From the NCBI RefSeq assembly GCF_003334335.1, contig NZ_QOWQ01000039.1: a DNA stretch of 39,846 nucleotides; one strand, 5' to 3'. The stretch's first letter is position 1. The number at the start of each line of letters is the position of its first letter. Of the stretch, positions 35,344 to 39,846 are shown one piece after another. This stretch comes from Escherichia coli. Its GTDB lineage: Bacteria; Pseudomonadota; Gammaproteobacteria; Enterobacterales; Enterobacteriaceae. The position numbers and the translations under genes were made by a program. Below the pieces are notes generated by a model. The model saw only the letters and a list, made by a program, of their open reading frames with translations. It was not told the origin of the DNA and ran no database searches.

Positions 35344-36237
35344 CTACAGCGAAATACAGGTCCCCGCTTCGCCCGCCAGCGTCTCTTCAATTCGCGATAA
35401 CGCCCCAATCCACGCGGGTTTACCACGGCTTCTGACATAACCACTCACCGCCGTTACCTTCGGCCCCATCGAACCATCGGCTTTGGCAAATGGCGCTAAC
35501 TCATCCGGTGTGGCATGGCGAATGGCGCGTTGCTGCGGCGTTCCCCAGTTTTCATATACCGCATCAGCATCAGTGAGGATCACCAGCCCATCGGCGTTAA
35601 TCTGCTCAGCGAGCAACGCAGCAGCGAGATCTTTATCAATCACCGCTTCACTCCCTGCCCCATCTTCCGTCACAGGCACACCGCCGCCGCCACTGCAAAT
35701 CACCACATGCCCCTCTTTGAGCAACAACTCGATGGCTTCGCTGTCGAGAATTTTACGCGGTTGCGGAGACGCCACCACCCGGCGCAAATATTTACCATCA
35801 CGTTTCATCTGCCAGCCGTAAGCCGCTTCCAGTGCCTCTTGTTCTTCTGGCTGATAAACCGGACCAATAAATTTCTCTGGCTGCAAAAACGCCGGATCAT
35901 CAGGCGAAACCTCAATGCGCGTCAGCACCGTCGTCACGGGCGGCATCTGCGGCTGTGCGCTCAAACTCTGTGCCAGCATATAGCCAATCATCCCCTGGCT
36001 TTCCGCCACCAGCACATCCAGCGGATACGGTTCTACCTCTTTCCACGCCAGATTCTGCAATGCCAGCAGCCCCACCTGCGGCCCGTTGCCGTGAACAATC
36101 GCCAGCCGATAAGAACGGGCCAGGCGCGCCAGCGCGGGTACAGCACTGGCGATATTGCGATATTGATTTTCTGCCGTCAGCGCCTCGCCGCGCTGGAGTA
36201 AGGCGTTGCCCCCAAGAGCTACAACCAGTGTTTTCAT
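35344..36237 (-). CDS. ybcF: Carbamate kinase-like protein YbcF (ArcC family, 297 aa)
   Basis: 297-aa [33 protein letters not shown]..., amino-acid-kinase fold typical of carbamate kinases. Confidence 0.9.
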   Translation of the reverse strand: MKTLVVALGGNALLQRGEALTAENQYRNIASAVPALARLARSYRLAIVHGNGPQVGLLALQNLAWKEVEPYPLDVLVAESQGMIGYMLAQSLSAQPQMPPVTTVLTRIEVSPDDPAFLQPEKFIGPVYQPEEQEALEAAYGWQMKRDGKYLRRVVASPQPRKILDSEAIELLLKEGHVVICSGGGGVPVTEDGAGSEAVIDKDLAAALLAEQINADGLVILTDADAVYENWGTPQQRAIRHATPDELAPFAKADGSMGPKVTAVSGYVRSRGKPAWIGALSRIEETLAGEAGTCISL

Positions 36238-37049
36238 GGTGTTCCTTGTAATAATTGTTGACCAAGCCAGAACCCCAGCAGCGTATCTGCCCCTGACGTG
36301 TGCCCCAGCGCCAGCAGCGAATCAATCGCAACAGCGGTACGTTTCGGGCAACTCAGAGCATGAACAAAGTGCAGGAGTGGCGAGGCGAAATATCCTTGCG
36401 CGGCGTAGCGTAAATAACTGACGCTCACCGCTGTGGTAACGAGTTGAAGATTGTCGGAACAGGCAAAAAACTGGCGACCAGAGCGCGCATCTAAAGCGCC
36501 ATAATACCAGGCCGCCAGCAGCATTCCGCTCAGCGTATCATCATGACTTGGCGTTAATCCGGGTCCTTTACCCAGCCAGTGCCGCCAGTCGGTCTTAACG
36601 CCATTGAGCGCGGCCTGAAAACAGTGACGAAACTGGCGTAATTCAGCGGGCAGCGGATCGCTTGCCGCCATCGCCAGTGGCCCGAAAAGCCCGGTTTCCT
36701 CCGCGCGTTGCATCCATGCAGCTGCAAGCGGTTGAGGATGCGCAGGCGGCGTAATACGCAGCAAACAATAACGCTGTGGCTGTTTAACCGTGAAACGCCC
36801 GAGGCGAATCCCTTGAGCCACAACCTGCGGTCGTTCATTGCCGCATAATCCACCGCATAACGCATCGAATTGCGCGCGGCGAAGCACCCATCCTCCGGGG
36901 CCGAAACCACTACCCTTACGATGCAGCGTTAACAGTTCGCCGCTTTCCGTCATCAGGTTAATCGCCCGTCGCCACACTCCCGCTAACCGCCAGGACTGGC
37001 GATAATTCGGTGCGCTACTACTGGCAAGCAGAGGATGGATGATCGTCAT
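36234..37049 (-). CDS. ylbF: YlbF, DUF2877 protein of the fdrA-ylbE-ylbF-ybcF cluster (271 aa)
   Basis: ORF 36234..37142 trimmed to the ATG at 37049 ([20 protein letters not shown]...), giving 271 aa; its stop overlaps the ybcF start (ATGA). Confidence 0.8.
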   Translation of the reverse strand: MTIIHPLLASSSAPNYRQSWRLAGVWRRAINLMTESGELLTLHRKGSGFGPGGWVLRRAQFDALCGGLCGNERPQVVAQGIRLGRFTVKQPQRYCLLRITPPAHPQPLAAAWMQRAEETGLFGPLAMAASDPLPAELRQFRHCFQAALNGVKTDWRHWLGKGPGLTPSHDDTLSGMLLAAWYYGALDARSGRQFFACSDNLQLVTTAVSVSYLRYAAQGYFASPLLHFVHALSCPKRTAVAIDSLLALGHTSGADTLLGFWLGQQLLQGTP

Positions 37050-37059
37050 TGTGCGTTCC

Positions 37060-38319
37060 TCAACCAATCCCCATGCTTTCAGCCAGTGCTTCCAGCGCCT
37101 GTTCAAAACACGCCAGCGGTGCCCGCACGGTGCCTGCGCCAATCTGCCCGATCCCCGCCTCTTTATGGGCGATACCGGTATTGATGAGTGGCGTAATACC
37201 GGTTTCTACCACGCGACGAATGTCCAGTCCCAGGCAGGCGCCCTGAAAATCCCAGCTTGGGATCTGCAACTGCATATTGCGTTCAAGGTAAATTTCCGCC
37301 ATCTCTTCAGATACCGCCCTGGCCGCTTCCATGCCACCCGCACCGACAAAGCGCGTTACGCCAGGCGCTGCGATCATTGCCGCACCTCCGATACCAAAGG
37401 TTTCGGTAATCGCGCTATCGCCCATATCCGGGTTCGCCTGCTCCTGCGAGAAGCCGGTGAAAAACAGACCTTGCGGAGTGTTTACAGGCGCAGTAAACCA
37501 GCGTTCACCCAGCCCGCTTACCCGAATCCCGAACATATTGCCGTTGCGGGTCATAGCCGTAACGATGCTGCCTGCGCGGATCATCGCGCCAGCATCCATC
37601 GCCGCCTTGCAGTAGGCCATCGCGAGGTTGAGGAAGAACTGATCGGTCACGCTGAGGAAATCCATCACTTCCGCAATGTGCTGTTTATCATGATCGAGGC
37701 GAGCAATTTGTGGGGCCAGCGTACGCATTAACAGTGCTGAGGAAGCAATATTGCGTTGATGGAACTCATCGCCCATGGTAATGCCCTGCGCCATCATCGC
37801 CGTGAGATCGATACCGTGCTCCATGCGCCCCAGCGCCGCGCTTAATACTGGCATTAACACATCGCGCATCCAGCGATGGCGAGTCAGGACATCTTCGCCA
37901 TAAGCGCCAAAACGCATCACTTTGCCGATACCTTCGTTGAGGTTGCAGTACGCCCGGTTGCCGTCGGTCACGTTCTCGACCACCAGCATCGGCATACTGG
38001 CAGAAGTAATACCGCCCATTGGCCCGACGGCATTCACATGGTGACAAGGAATGAAGTTCACTTCCCCCTGCTCCAGTATTGCCAGCGCCTGCGCTTCATC
38101 TTTCGCCCAACCTTCGAACAGACATGCGCCCACGCACGCCCCTTTCATAGGTCCGGTCATCTCCTGCCAGCGCATTGGCGGCCCGGCGTGAAGCAGTGTT
38201 TTGCCCTGGTTTAGTTCGCTGATAAGTGAAGAAGCCGGTTGCACATCCAGCCAGTGTGGACGAGCGCGACGAATTTGTTCGATAACCGCAGCATTGGCTT
38301 GCGCCACTGATGTAAACAT
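37060..38319 (-). CDS. ylbE: YlbE, DUF1116 protein (419 aa), a single uninterrupted frame here
   Basis: 419-aa [31 protein letters not shown]...; position between fdrA and ylbF. Confidence 0.85.
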   Translation of the reverse strand: MFTSVAQANAAVIEQIRRARPHWLDVQPASSLISELNQGKTLLHAGPPMRWQEMTGPMKGACVGACLFEGWAKDEAQALAILEQGEVNFIPCHHVNAVGPMGGITSASMPMLVVENVTDGNRAYCNLNEGIGKVMRFGAYGEDVLTRHRWMRDVLMPVLSAALGRMEHGIDLTAMMAQGITMGDEFHQRNIASSALLMRTLAPQIARLDHDKQHIAEVMDFLSVTDQFFLNLAMAYCKAAMDAGAMIRAGSIVTAMTRNGNMFGIRVSGLGERWFTAPVNTPQGLFFTGFSQEQANPDMGDSAITETFGIGGAAMIAAPGVTRFVGAGGMEAARAVSEEMAEIYLERNMQLQIPSWDFQGACLGLDIRRVVETGITPLINTGIAHKEAGIGQIGAGTVRAPLACFEQALEALAESMGIG

Positions 38320-38328
38320 GGGAACCCC

Positions 38329-39770
38329 TTATTGCAAACGTTCTAATAAACGAGCCAGTTTTTTATTGCCGCCGGCGACTGGCGACCATTGGTAATGCCC
38401 AACCGGTTTGCTGGCGCTTTGTAGCTCCAGCGCAAAGCTGCGTAATCCGATGTTAATCACGGCGACGTTTTCCAGTAATGACGGTGTGTGTTGCTGAGTG
38501 GCAGGCGAAAGCGGACGAATCAGTGCCGCCGCCAGCAAGGTGGCTTCCGGCAGCGAACTCACTACCGCGATCCCCGCATCTTCCAGCGTGGCGATTTGCT
38601 GCGAGCGGCATTGCGGGTCACGTTCAGTGCCTGTCACCGTGGCAATGGCATACAGTGGTTGATTGTCTGAACGCGCAGCACAGGCTTTTTGCCAGGCGCT
38701 TACCAGCGAGGCGGCAGGATCGGCGGTCGCACCGAAGCCAATCACGACATCAAGCAGCAATACGCGCACTTGCGGTTTAGCGCCGAGATCGGCAATTAAC
38801 TGATTGCGTAAGGCTGGGTCGATCATCGGATGGGGACGCCCGACGGTGTAGAAATCATCGCCGAGGTCAATAATCTGGTGACCATCGGCGTCGAGCATCA
38901 TGCCGTGATGATGGGTATCGTCGGCTTCCACGCCAAGGTGTCCAGCAAGTAATCCCGCCGCTTCGGCAGCCAGGGTACCGCCGGTATACAAACCGCAAAT
39001 AAATCCGCTGCTGGCAGGCGTTATCGCGTTACGTCGCGCCGTAACGCGTGAAAGCAGGCAAGCCAGGCGTGCGGCCTCATCCAGCGAGGAGGCAAACCAG
39101 ACATTCTCGTCGCGGGCCACCGCCGGGGTATAACCTAAAAACAGCGCCACCGTCGGTTTGCCGGTTGCTTTCATGGCATTAACAATTTTCAGACGCACAG
39201 CTTCGGCAGGCGGTTTTGAAACAAATGCCAGCACTTCGCTTTTCTCGTCTGCACTGAGCATTTCCAGCGCCGTCAGCGCACTGATGCCGCCCACTTCACG
39301 GCTGAGGTCGCGCCCGCCAAGGCCAATCGCGTGAGTAATTCCCTCCCCTGCCAGCGCAATCTGCGAACACAGTTCCTGAATCCCGGTACCGGAAGCGCCA
39401 ATGACGCCAATATTGCCTTCCGGCATCACGTTAGCAAAAGCCAGCGGCGTGCCGGCAATCATCGACGTACCGCAGTCCGGCCCCATCACCAGCAAGCCTT
39501 TTTCCCGCGCGCGGCTTTTAAGTTGGATTTCATCTTCCAGCGTGACGTTATCGGAGAACATCATCACGTTGAGGTTGCGATCCAGCGCCTGGTTCGCCAG
39601 CTCCGCCGCATACTCGCCAGCCACTGAAATCAGCGCCAGACTGGCGTCGGGTAATTTCTGACAGGCACTGTCCCAGCGACGCACCTGCGTCAACGCCTGG
39701 CTGCTGCCTGACCCCTGCGCCAGTTGTTTTAGCGCCTCTTCAAGCTGCTGCATAATCGCCTGCGCGATCC
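38329..39770 (-). pseudogene. fdrA: fdrA (CoA-binding / succinyl-CoA-synthetase-like protein), 5'-truncated by the IS186 insertion; about 480 C-terminal codons remain
   Basis: Frame reads ...GIAQAIMQQLEEALKQLAQGSG... down to the stop at 38329. Upstream of 39770 the frame enters the IS terminus and hits an in-frame TAA at 39784-39786. Full-length FdrA is about 555 aa by my recollection, so roughly 80 N-terminal codons are separated from this part. Confidence 0.7.
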
Positions 39771-39846
39771 CATAAGCGCTAACTTAAGGGTTGAACCATC
39801 TGAAGAATGCGACGCCTCGGTGCCTCGTTAAGACGATGCCTCGCGT
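39771..39846. mobile_element. IS186-like insertion sequence, terminal fragment (element continues beyond the window end); 23-bp terminal inverted repeat at 39771-39793
   Basis: cataagcgctaacttaagggttg at 39771-39793 is the exact inverse of 55-77; element-internal sequence after it (aaccatctgaagaatgcgacgcc...) differs from that of the left copy, consistent with the opposite end of the same IS type. Confidence 0.75.

Noticed and set aside
35483-36331. ORFs on both strands overlapping ybcF (35483..35821 +, 35515..36201 +, 35912..36331 -, 35955..36251 +)
   Set aside because: Alternative frames of the carbamate-kinase-like gene; Arg/Pro/Ala-rich translations with no recognisable domains.

Overview
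This window is ordinary, well-characterised Escherichia coli core chromosome, in reverse orientation relative to the K-12 map, and I do not see an undescribed biological system in it. Gene order is hokE, ybdK, ybdJ, ybdF, nfsB, ybdG(mscM), pheP, cusABFC (minus strand), cusRS, nfrB-nfrA-ybcH, envY, tRNA-Arg argU, fimZ, sfmFHDCA (minus strand), folD, ybcJ, ybcI, cysS, ppiB, lpxH, purEK, a REP/BIME cluster, ybcF-ylbF-ylbE and a truncated fdrA. All identifications come from recognising the translated ORFs and motifs from memory; no database search was run. The most notable structural observation is that both window edges lie inside IS186-like termini: the same 23-bp terminal sequence occurs inverted at 55-77 and 39771-39793, with different element-internal sequence behind each, so two same-orientation copies bracket the segment. 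The right-hand copy interrupts fdrA about 80 codons from its expected start, and the left-hand copy sits about 21 bp downstream of the hokE toxin gene. The DLP12 prophage, ompT and appY that separate argU from envY in K-12 are absent here. ylbE is a single intact 419-aa frame. No CRISPR array, rRNA or novel gene cluster was found.
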